Assembly: GCA_035540975.1 (NCBI GenBank)
Contig: DATLFN010000005.1
Span: 9,599 to 73,598, forward strand
Direction of reading: 5' to 3'
From: Acidimicrobiales bacterium
GTDB lineage: Bacteria; Actinomycetota; Acidimicrobiia; Acidimicrobiales; GCA-2861595
DNA: 64,000 bases
The notes under the pieces are model-generated. The model ran no database searches and was not told the DNA's origin. It was given only the letters and a program-made list of their open reading frames with translations. Below are positions 33,705-41,773 of the stretch, in pieces; within the stretch, counting starts at the first letter, position 1; the number at the start of each line of letters is the position of its first letter. Position numbers and translations under genes: made by a program.

Positions 33705-33917
33705 TCAGCCGTCGGCCGCCTTGGACGAGTCGTGGAGGCGGTCGTGGAGACCCTCGGCGGTCGTGGGGCTGACGGCCGGCGGCACGTCCAGCCCGTGGAC
33801 CACGGCGAGGTGCTCGGCCAGCGTGCCGTCCTCGGCGGTGATGCCCCGGTGGTCGTGGCCGGACGACGCCGGGTCGTGCTCGGCCTGCGCGATCTCCTCG
33901 TCGGGGACCTCGTCCAC
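33705..33917 (-). CDS. small acidic His-rich protein (hypothetical)
   Basis: 70 aa with no TM and many D/E/H residues (HDPASSGHDH...HLAVVH...HDRLHD). It lies directly downstream of the TlpA-like gene in the cta assembly cluster. Confidence 0.45.
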   Translation of the reverse strand: MDEVPDEEIAQAEHDPASSGHDHRGITAEDGTLAEHLAVVHGLDVPPAVSPTTAEGLHDRLHDSSKAADG

Positions 33918-33926
33918 GGCCCGTCC

Positions 33927-34439
33927 CTACCCGCCCGACGCCGCTCGCACCAGCCGGTCCACGTCCTCGCGCCGCAGCTCGCCGACGTGGCGCTCCACCA
34001 GCACGCCGGCGCGGTCGACCGCCACGGTCACCGGCAGGCCGGGCCGGAACCCGACGTCGTACGACTCGGCGATGCGCCCGCCCGGGTCCTCGAGGGCGGG
34101 CCACGTCGCCCCCTGGTCGCGCATGAAGTCCCGCGCCGCGTCGGCCGTGTCCTCGAAGACCACCCCGAGGAGGGTCGCCCCCCTGCCGTGCACCGCCTTG
34201 AGCAGGGGGAACTCCTTGCGGCACGGGACGCACCACGACGCCCAGAAGTTGACGAGGACGGGCTCGCCCCGGTGGTCGGACAGGCGGACGGTCCGCCCCT
34301 CCAGGTCGACCGTCTCGAACGCCGGCGCGGCGCCGGCCGGCGCCGGGTCGTCGCCCGCCGGGCGCAGGGCGAGCAGCGCCAGCACCACCACCGCGAGCGC
34401 CCCGGCGGCGACGAGGGCCGCCCGCCGGCGCCCGGTCAC
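33927..34439 (-). CDS. TlpA/ResA-family thiol:disulfide oxidoreductase (membrane-anchored thioredoxin)
   Basis: From GTG 34439 (GTGA overlap with ctaG): a TM anchor, then VLVNFWASWCVPCRKEFP. Confidence 0.85.
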   Translation of the reverse strand: MTGRRRAALVAAGALAVVVLALLALRPAGDDPAPAGAAPAFETVDLEGRTVRLSDHRGEPVLVNFWASWCVPCRKEFPLLKAVHGRGATLLGVVFEDTADAARDFMRDQGATWPALEDPGGRIAESYDVGFRPGLPVTVAVDRAGVLVERHVGELRREDVDRLVRAASGG

Positions 34440-35332
34440 GGGCCCGGGGCGGGAGGTGCCGGCTCGACCGGGGCCGGCTCGGTGCGGGCCAGCTCGCGCT
34501 CGACGTCGGCCCACGTGAGCACGCCGTCACCCGCCTCCCTCTGGTCCCGCGCGTACCAGCGGAAGAAGATCACGACGATCACCGACCACAGCAGCAGCCC
34601 GGCGTAGATCTTCATCATGGCGCCGGCCAGGCGCTGGTCCTCGAGGGCGGACATGGCGAACGGCCGGGGCGCCTCGCCGTAGAACGGGTAGAGCAGGCCC
34701 TCGCCGAAGGTGAGGAAGGACGCCGGGATGGTGGGGATGACCGACTGGAGGAAGACGTAGACCATCCGTGCCCCGGGCGAGAGCCGGGGGAACTCGGGGA
34801 GCGAGTTGAGCACCGGGAACCACATGAGCAGTGCGCTGGTGAAGATCACCACGTGCACGAGGAAGTGCAGGGGGTGGTTGCGCACGGACGCCTCGACGAC
34901 CACCGGCCAGTGGGTGAGGACCGTCACCACGTTGAAGGTCACCGCCGCCGGCAGCGGCCGGGCCAGCCTGGTCATCAAGAAGCGCACGGCGGCGCCACGG
35001 GCCATCCACCGCAGCAGCCACGACGGGAGGCCGAGGATCAGCAGCGGCGCCGCCACCAGGGTGAAGCCGATGTGCTGGAACATGTGCACGCTGAACAGGT
35101 AGTGCTCGCCGATGTCGTGGATCGGCCAGTCGGCGTGGAGCCACAGGGCGCCGAGGCCGAGGCAGAACTGGGTGACCTGGCGGCGGGAGGCGACCGGCCG
35201 GCCCGGCCCGACGTGCCTGGGCCCGAGGCGGGTGAGCGCCAGCCAGTACAGCGTGCCCAGCCCGGCCACCAGAGCCCACACGTCGGCGTGGGCGTGCCAC
35301 TCCCACCCCGAGAGCCCGGCATGGGCCAGCAT
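34436..35332 (-). CDS. ctaG: cytochrome c oxidase assembly factor CtaG (Bacillus-type, multi-TM)
   Basis: The multi-TM protein contains HMFQHIGFTLVAAPLLILG...THWPVV...HFLVHVV. It lies directly downstream of ctaF. Confidence 0.8.
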   Translation of the reverse strand: MLAHAGLSGWEWHAHADVWALVAGLGTLYWLALTRLGPRHVGPGRPVASRRQVTQFCLGLGALWLHADWPIHDIGEHYLFSVHMFQHIGFTLVAAPLLILGLPSWLLRWMARGAAVRFLMTRLARPLPAAVTFNVVTVLTHWPVVVEASVRNHPLHFLVHVVIFTSALLMWFPVLNSLPEFPRLSPGARMVYVFLQSVIPTIPASFLTFGEGLLYPFYGEAPRPFAMSALEDQRLAGAMMKIYAGLLLWSVIVVIFFRWYARDQREAGDGVLTWADVERELARTEPAPVEPAPPAPGP

Positions 35333-35334
35333 GA

Positions 35335-35676
35335 TCAGAGGAAGACCCCGAGGGTCAGCAGGTAGGCGATGTAGCAGAACGCCGCCAGGACGAACCCGGT
35401 GATGAACAGGCGGCGCAGGAGCTTGTTGTCGAACTTGAGGTGCATGAAGTAGGCGGCCACGATGACGAACTTGACGGCCGCCAGCACGAGCAGGACGGCG
35501 TTGTTCGCCGCCTCGTTGGAGAAGCTCCAGTAGAAGAGGGCGACCTCGACGGCGGTGACGGCGGCGAGGATCAGGGCGATCTTGATGTACTTCGCCTCGT
35601 CGGGGTGCCCGGCGTGGTCGTCGTGGTCGCCCGCCGGCTCCACCTCGTGGTCGGCCTGCGCCGCACCGGTGCTCAT
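35335..35676 (-). CDS. ctaF: cytochrome c oxidase subunit IV (prokaryotic COX4/CtaF type)
   Basis: YIKIALILAAVTAVEVALFY...AAYFMHLKFDNKL. Confidence 0.85.
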   Translation of the reverse strand: MSTGAAQADHEVEPAGDHDDHAGHPDEAKYIKIALILAAVTAVEVALFYWSFSNEAANNAVLLVLAAVKFVIVAAYFMHLKFDNKLLRRLFITGFVLAAFCYIAYLLTLGVFL

Positions 35677-35697
35677 GACGCGCTCCTCATCCGGTTC

Positions 35698-36333
35698 CTA
35701 GCTCGGGATCAGGTAGATGACGGTGAAGATCACGATCCACACCACGTCGACGAAGTGCCAGTAGAGGCCGGCGATCTCGACGACCTCGGACCGGGACTGG
35801 GGCAGCTTGCCCCGCATCGACAGGTTCCACAGGGACAGCAGCATGACGATGCCGAGGGTGACGTGGACGCCGTGGAACCCGGTCAGCACGTAGAAGCTGC
35901 TTCCGAACAGGTTGGTGCGGATGGTGAGCCCCTCACGGATGAACGAGGTGAACTCGTAGACCTGGCCGGCGATGAAGCTGGCGCCCAGCAGGGCGGTGGC
36001 CATGAGCCACACCCGCAGCCGCCGGTGGTCGCCCCGCTGGATGGCGGCGAGGGCCAGCACCATGGTGAGCGAGCTCATGAGCAGGACGAACGAGCTCACG
36101 GACGTGTAGGGGATGTCGTAGATGTCCTCGGGGGTGGGGCCCGAGGCGCTGCGGCCGCGGTAGAGGAAGTACGCCGAGATGAGGGCGCCGAAGAGCAGGC
36201 ACTCGGACCCGAGGAACGCCCACATGGCGAGCTTCTCGTTGGAGAGACCCGTGTTGGTGACGTGGGCGTGCCCGTCGCCGTGACCCTCGCCGGCAGCCGG
36301 CGGGTGGGCGGCGGAGACCTCCGCGGTCGCCAT
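35698..36333 (-). CDS. ctaE: cytochrome c oxidase subunit III
   Basis: FGALISAYF...FYVLTGFHGVHVTLG...YWHFVDVVWIVIFTVIY. Confidence 0.92.
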   Translation of the reverse strand: MATAEVSAAHPPAAGEGHGDGHAHVTNTGLSNEKLAMWAFLGSECLLFGALISAYFLYRGRSASGPTPEDIYDIPYTSVSSFVLLMSSLTMVLALAAIQRGDHRRLRVWLMATALLGASFIAGQVYEFTSFIREGLTIRTNLFGSSFYVLTGFHGVHVTLGIVMLLSLWNLSMRGKLPQSRSEVVEIAGLYWHFVDVVWIVIFTVIYLIPS

Positions 36334-38504
36334 CAGCCCTCCTTCCCGTCGCCGTCGCCGGCGCCGCTCCCGGAGGACGTCGCGTCACCGTCACCGTTGC
36401 CGGCGCCGGTGCCGTTCCCGGAGCGCGGCTCCCCGCCGTCGGCCGGCGCGTCGGCGCCCGCCTCGAGCTCGGCCGCACCGCCGCCGACGAGCACCGGCTG
36501 CTGGTCGTCACCGTGGTCGTCGTGGTCGTCGTGGGGCTCGGCCGACGGCTCCAGCCCCCATGCGTAGATGGCGCCCAGGAAGAGGAGGGCCCCGAGGACG
36601 GCGACGGCGTAGTTGCTGCCGGAGTCGCGCCCGTAGACCATCCCGTAGCAGATGACCGGGATGGCGAGGGCGGCGATGATCGGGTAGTAGCTGGGCGACG
36701 GCATGTGGATGCCGAGCTCGGCGGCGGTGGGGACGCGAGCGGGCGCGGCGCGGTCGCCGCCCTCGCCGTCGGCGACCGCCACCGCCGTGGAGGCCGTCTC
36801 CCGTTCGGCCGGCGTGCGCCGCACGGGCCGGCCCTCCTCGTCCTCCGCGTACTTCTCGTGCCACAGCGTGTCCACGGCGTGGGCGACCGGCTGCGTGGCG
36901 AAGTTGTAGTCGGGCGGCGGCGACGTCGTCGCCCACTCGAGGGTTCGGGCGTCCCACGGGTCGTCGGGGGCCGTGAGCCCGGTCCGGTGCTTGGCCGACC
37001 AGCGGATGTTGTAGATGAAGACCAGCGTCGAGAAGGCGATCACGAACGACCCGACCGTCGCCAGCATGTTGAGGAAGTCGAGGCCCAGGCTCTCGTCGTA
37101 GGTGTAGATGCGCCGGGGCATGCCCTGGAGCCCCATCCAGTGCATCGGCGCGAAGGTGAGGTTGAAGCCGACGAACCACGTCCAGAAGTTGAGCTTCCCG
37201 AGCCGCTCGTTCAGCTGGAAGCCGAAGACCTTGGGCCACCAGTAGTAGATGCCGCCCATGATCCCGAACAGGGCGCCGCCGAACAGCACGTAGTGGAAGT
37301 GGGCGACCACGTAGTACGTGTCGGTCTGCTGGCGGTCGTGTGGAGAGACGGAGTGGGTGACGCCCGAGAGGCCGCCGATGGTGAACATGGCCACGAAGCC
37401 CATGGCGAAGAGCATCGGGGTGGAGAACTTGAGCGAGCCCTTCCACACCGTCCCCAGCCAGTTGAAGATCTTCACGCCCGTGGGCACGGCGATGAACATC
37501 GTCGATATGGAGAAGGCGGAGACCGCCACCGGGCCCAGGCCCACGGCGAACATGTGGTGGACCCAGACGCCCCAGCCCATGAACCCGATGGCGATGCCGG
37601 AGAAGACGATGACCGGGTAGCCGAAGAGGGGCTTGCGGGCGAACACCGGCAGGATCTCCGACACCATGCCCATGGCGGGCAGGATGAGGATGTACACCTC
37701 TGGATGGCCGAACAACCAGAACAGGTGCTGCCACAGGAGTGGGTCCCCGCCGGCCGCCGGGTTGAAGAAGTTGGCCCCGAAGTTGCGGTCGAACATGAGC
37801 AGGAACAGGGCCACCGTGATGACCGGCATGGCGAACAGGATGAGGAACGACGAGACGAGCGTCATCCACGTGAACACCGGCATGCGCATGAGGGTCATCC
37901 CCGGGGCGCGCATGTTCAGCATGGTGACGATCAGGTTCACGGAGCCGACGGTGGAGGCGATGCCCAGGATCTGCAGGCCGAACACCCAGTAGTCGATGTT
38001 GTGGCCCGGCGAGAAGGTGATGCTGGTGTTGGGGGCGTAGCCGAACCACCCGCCGTTGGGAGCGCCCCCGAGGAAGAAGCTCGAGTACATGAAGAGGCCG
38101 CCGAACAGGAAGAGCCAGTAGCTGAAGGCGTTCAGGCGGGGGAAGGCGACGTCGCGGGCGCCGATCTGCAGCGGCACCAGGAAGTTGAAGAACGCCGCCG
38201 ACATCGGCATGACGACCAGGAAGACCATCGTCGTGCCGTGCATGGTGAAGAGCTGGTTGTAGGCGTCCGCCGACAGGACGGTGCCGTTCGGCTTGGCCAG
38301 CTGGAGGCGCATGAGCAGGGCCTCGATGCCGCCCAGGATGAAGAAGACGAAGGCGGTGACGCCGTAGAGGATCCCGATGCGCTTGTGGTCCACCGTGGTC
38401 ATCCACGACCACACGCCCTTGGGGTCGGTGGGCCGGCGGAGGAGGCCGGTGTCCGCGCGGGTGGCGACCTCGGGGACCGAGGTGGGCTCCAGGACGGTGG
38501 TCAT
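36333..38504 (-). CDS. ctaD: cytochrome c oxidase subunit I (with extra C-terminal TM pair and acidic Gly/Asp tail)
   Basis: All canonical motifs are present: LFTMHGTTMVF, WLFGHPEVY, VWVHHMF, PTGVKIFNW, VVAHFHYV. The C-terminus reads IHMPSPSYYPI...GAIYAWGLEP, then HDDHDDHGDD...GNGDGD. Confidence 0.95.
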   Translation of the reverse strand: MTTVLEPTSVPEVATRADTGLLRRPTDPKGVWSWMTTVDHKRIGILYGVTAFVFFILGGIEALLMRLQLAKPNGTVLSADAYNQLFTMHGTTMVFLVVMPMSAAFFNFLVPLQIGARDVAFPRLNAFSYWLFLFGGLFMYSSFFLGGAPNGGWFGYAPNTSITFSPGHNIDYWVFGLQILGIASTVGSVNLIVTMLNMRAPGMTLMRMPVFTWMTLVSSFLILFAMPVITVALFLLMFDRNFGANFFNPAAGGDPLLWQHLFWLFGHPEVYILILPAMGMVSEILPVFARKPLFGYPVIVFSGIAIGFMGWGVWVHHMFAVGLGPVAVSAFSISTMFIAVPTGVKIFNWLGTVWKGSLKFSTPMLFAMGFVAMFTIGGLSGVTHSVSPHDRQQTDTYYVVAHFHYVLFGGALFGIMGGIYYWWPKVFGFQLNERLGKLNFWTWFVGFNLTFAPMHWMGLQGMPRRIYTYDESLGLDFLNMLATVGSFVIAFSTLVFIYNIRWSAKHRTGLTAPDDPWDARTLEWATTSPPPDYNFATQPVAHAVDTLWHEKYAEDEEGRPVRRTPAERETASTAVAVADGEGGDRAAPARVPTAAELGIHMPSPSYYPIIAALAIPVICYGMVYGRDSGSNYAVAVLGALLFLGAIYAWGLEPSAEPHDDHDDHGDDQQPVLVGGGAAELEAGADAPADGGEPRSGNGTGAGNGDGDATSSGSGAGDGDGKEG

Positions 38505-38529
38505 CTCGGCGCTCCGGGGTTCTGGGCGG

Positions 38530-39582
38530 TCACTTCAGCGTCTCCAGGTAGGCGATGAGATCGGTGATCTCCTCTTCGGTGAGGTCGAGGTTCGGCATCA
38601 GCGCCCCGGGCTTCTCGGCGGGGGGGTCGCGGAGCCAGGCGCGGAGGTTGGCGGGGTTGAGGTCGAAGATCGCCCCCGCGAACACCTTGCGCTGCTGGAG
38701 GTGGGTGAGGTCGGGGCCGAGCTCGCCGGCCGAGAACCCCTTGACGGTGTGGCAGCTGGCGCACCCCTTGGCGCGGAACAGGGCGGCGCCGGCGGCGGCC
38801 TCGGGCTGCGTCTTCTCGTCCGGGCGGGCCGCCTCCTCGGCGTTGGACTCCAGCCACTCCTCGAACTCGGCCGGCTCGTGGGCGACGACGCGCAGGCGCA
38901 TGTCGGCGTGGGAGATGCCGCAGAACTCGGCGCACTGCCCGTAGTACGTCCCCGGCTCGTCGGCCTGGAGCGTCAGGTGGTTGGTGCGGTTCGGGATGGC
39001 GTCCAGCTTGCCCGCCAGCTTGGGCGGCCAGAAGCTGTGGATGACGTCCACCGACTCGAGCTTGACGGCCACCGGCCGCCCGGTCGGGATGTGCAGCTCG
39101 TTGGCCGTGGTGACGTCGTGGTCGGTGTAGTCGTACTCCCACCACCACTGGTGCCCGATGACGGTGACGTTCAGGACGTCGCCCTTGGGGACCCGGTCGA
39201 GGTCGACGATGTTGCCCACGGTCAGGACGCCGACCACGGCGAGGACGGCGGCCGGGATGATGGTCCAGGTCAGCTCCATGCGGATGTTGCCGTGGACCTG
39301 GACGGGCGCCTCGTCCTCGGACCGGCGGCGGAACTTCACGGCGGAGTAGATGACCAGCGCCTGGACGAGGACGAAGACGACGCCGGCGATGATGAACACC
39401 GGCTTGGCCAGGTTGTGGACCTGGCGGGCGTAGGGCCCCTGGGGGTCGAGGGCGTCCTGGGGGAGGTCGTCGCCGCCCCCGCACGCGCCGAGCACCAGGG
39501 TGAGCCCGACGGCGGTCACGACGACCGGCCATCGCCTCCCCGCCGGCTGCCGGCGCCGCGTCACGGTGTCACCCTGTCGCAT
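38530..39582 (-). CDS. ctaC: cytochrome c oxidase subunit II with fused C-terminal cytochrome c domain (caa3-type)
   Basis: From ATG 39582: lipobox-like LVLGACGG, CuA site HSFW...CAEFCGISHADM, and haem c motif GCASCHTVKG...M. Confidence 0.92.
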   Translation of the reverse strand: MRQGDTVTRRRQPAGRRWPVVVTAVGLTLVLGACGGGDDLPQDALDPQGPYARQVHNLAKPVFIIAGVVFVLVQALVIYSAVKFRRRSEDEAPVQVHGNIRMELTWTIIPAAVLAVVGVLTVGNIVDLDRVPKGDVLNVTVIGHQWWWEYDYTDHDVTTANELHIPTGRPVAVKLESVDVIHSFWPPKLAGKLDAIPNRTNHLTLQADEPGTYYGQCAEFCGISHADMRLRVVAHEPAEFEEWLESNAEEAARPDEKTQPEAAAGAALFRAKGCASCHTVKGFSAGELGPDLTHLQQRKVFAGAIFDLNPANLRAWLRDPPAEKPGALMPNLDLTEEEITDLIAYLETLK

Positions 39583-39586
39583 CTGC

Positions 39587-40171
39587 TCACGATGTGCCAA
39601 CTCCGGATCGGCCCGTCAGGCGGGCCAGTCGACGGTCGAGATCGGCGGCCGACAGGCGGCCGTGGGCCACGTCCGCCACCCGCCCGCGGGCGTCGACGAA
39701 CACGGTGGTGGGCATGCCGCGGAGGCGGTAGTCCGTCGCCACGGCCCGGTCCGGGTCGTAGCCGGCGGGGAAGGTGACGCCGGTGGCGGCCAGCAGCTCG
39801 ACGGCCTTCGAGCGTGAGTCGTTCACGTCCACGCCGACGAACGCCACCGAACCGGCGGCCTGCCGCGACGCCTGCTCCAGCGCGGGCAGCTCCTCGCGGC
39901 AGGGGACGCACCACGAGGCGAAGAAGTTGACGACCACCGGCCTGCCGGCGGGCAGCTCGACGGCCGGGCCGGTCGAGCGGACGTCCTCCAGCGAGAACGG
40001 GGGGGCGACCGAGCCGACCAGCGCGGGCGCTGCCGCGTCCTGCCCCCCGCCGGTGAGCCCGGCGCCGACGGCGACGGCCAGGGTCGCCACCGCCGCAGCG
40101 GCGGCGAGGGCGCGCCGCGGTACACGGGCACGCCGGACGCGGGGCAACGGGACGGCGGTGGGAGCGGCCAT
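39587..40171 (-). CDS. TlpA/ResA-family thiol:disulfide oxidoreductase, second copy
   Basis: From ATG 40171: a signal/anchor, then VVVNFFASWCVPCREELP. Confidence 0.85.
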   Translation of the reverse strand: MAAPTAVPLPRVRRARVPRRALAAAAAVATLAVAVGAGLTGGGQDAAAPALVGSVAPPFSLEDVRSTGPAVELPAGRPVVVNFFASWCVPCREELPALEQASRQAAGSVAFVGVDVNDSRSKAVELLAATGVTFPAGYDPDRAVATDYRLRGMPTTVFVDARGRVADVAHGRLSAADLDRRLARLTGRSGVGTS

Positions 40172-41181
40172 CACTTCGCCTCGGTGACGAAGGAGCCCTT
40201 CATGTTCGGGTGGAAGTCGCAGACGAAGAAGTAGGTGCCCGGCTCGGGAGTCTCGAACTCGTAGACGCGCTCGTCCTCGCCGGGGAAGCCCTCGCCGTTG
40301 AAGATGGGGGCGGCGTCGGGCGCCTCGCTCTCGTACACGGCGACGTTGTGGAACACGTCGACGTCCTCGTTCACGAACTCGATGCGGACGTGCTCCTCGG
40401 CCGGGACGACGATCTGGTCCTTGTCGAACTTCACCTCGCGGGCGACGACGTGGACGGGCTCGCCGTGCTCCTCGCCGGCGTGGTGGAACTCGCGCTCGCC
40501 GGCGGCCACGCCGGTGATGCCGGCGCCGGCGGTGGACAGCACGGCGAGGGCGACGAGGGCGAGGATGGCCGAGGAGCTGATGCGGGGCCGGGCCGCCACC
40601 CACGCGCACGCGCCCAGGATGGCGACGGCCGCCACGAAGGCGATCGCCACCGCCCCGTTCTTCGACACGGCCAGCAGGATCCGCGACATGCTGATGGCGA
40701 TGGTGGCCGCCAGCAGGAAGGCGCCGGCGGGCAGCGCCACCGGGACCACGAGGCGCAGGCTGAGCCGCTCGCTGGCGCGGGGCGACCACACCGGGTCCTC
40801 GCTCCACGCCTTGGCGAACCAGCCGACGGCGGCGACGAGGACGGCGAGCACGCCGGCGACGACGACCGGGCCGCCGACGGCGGCGGTGGTGGCCAGCACG
40901 GCGAGGCAGAGGGCGGCGAACGCGGGCCAGCCACTCCCCCGGGCCGGGCTCCCCGTGGTGGTGGCCCGGCGCTCGGGCGCCGGGGCGCCGGCCGGGATCA
41001 TCGGCGCCTCGTCGGGGACGGCGGCACCGGAGGCGACGATGGCCAGCACCAGGCCGGCCACGCCCAGGGCGAGGAGCAGGACCATGCCGGCCCTCTCGTC
41101 CACCGCCACGTGGTAGAGCAACCCCGTGGCGGCGCCGGCGGCGGCCATGGCGAGGAGCAGCTTGGAGGCGGGGTTCAGCAC
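40171..41181 (-). CDS. polytopic (about 7 TM) membrane protein with C-terminal type-1 (blue) cupredoxin domain
   Basis: The C-terminal ~100 aa read VRIEFVNEDVDVFHNVAVYE...TYFFVCDFHPNMKGSF. The ligands follow a His...Cys-x2-His-x2-Met pattern with amicyanin spacing. Confidence 0.75.
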   Translation of the reverse strand: MLNPASKLLLAMAAAGAATGLLYHVAVDERAGMVLLLALGVAGLVLAIVASGAAVPDEAPMIPAGAPAPERRATTTGSPARGSGWPAFAALCLAVLATTAAVGGPVVVAGVLAVLVAAVGWFAKAWSEDPVWSPRASERLSLRLVVPVALPAGAFLLAATIAISMSRILLAVSKNGAVAIAFVAAVAILGACAWVAARPRISSSAILALVALAVLSTAGAGITGVAAGEREFHHAGEEHGEPVHVVAREVKFDKDQIVVPAEEHVRIEFVNEDVDVFHNVAVYESEAPDAAPIFNGEGFPGEDERVYEFETPEPGTYFFVCDFHPNMKGSFVTEAK

Positions 41182-41188
41182 CGGCGGC

Positions 41189-41773
41189 CTACTTCAGGAC
41201 GATGACCGTGTACCACACGGCCACCGCGGCGACGGTTGCGAAGTGCCAGGCCCAGGCGGTCGCTCGGGGCTGGTCGGCCCCGGGCTCGAGCAGCTGGCGG
41301 CCGGCGACCCGGAACAGGGTGAGGCTGACGAAGGCGACCGAGAGGCCGACGACGAGCCCGAGCAGCATCGTCAGCGCCGCCACCACCGTCCCGTAGGGAT
41401 GGGTCACGGCGTCGAACTCCACGTGCCCGGCAGCGAACGACATGAGGTTGAGGAACGCCAGCCCGAGGCCGAGCGTCACGGCGAAGCCGGCCACGCCCTC
41501 CTTGCGCTGGCCCCGGTCGAGGGCGGAGCGCGCCCACTCGACGGTGACCGACCCCATCAGCATGGTGAGCACCATGAGGTTGCCCCAGTACTGGTCGATC
41601 TCGGTGTCGGGCGGCGGGAACGGCTCGGCCAGCCGGCGCATGTGGAGGTAGGCGCCCAGGAGGGCGGCGAACATCATCCCGCCCCCGGCGGCGAGGAACA
41701 GGACGGCCATGGTCAGCACCCTGCGGGGCCGGGTGCCGCCGGCCGAGGGCAGGGCGAGCGTGGGGCTAGCCAC
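41189..41773 (-). CDS. haem-copper oxidase subunit III-like membrane protein (paralogue)
   Basis: 5 TM segments. The C-terminus AWHFATVAAVAVWYTVIVL parallels YWHFVDVVWIVIFTVIY of ctaE. The GTG start overlaps the stop of the upstream subunit-I-like gene by 8 nt. Confidence 0.65.
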   Translation of the reverse strand: MASPTLALPSAGGTRPRRVLTMAVLFLAAGGGMMFAALLGAYLHMRRLAEPFPPPDTEIDQYWGNLMVLTMLMGSVTVEWARSALDRGQRKEGVAGFAVTLGLGLAFLNLMSFAAGHVEFDAVTHPYGTVVAALTMLLGLVVGLSVAFVSLTLFRVAGRQLLEPGADQPRATAWAWHFATVAAVAVWYTVIVLK

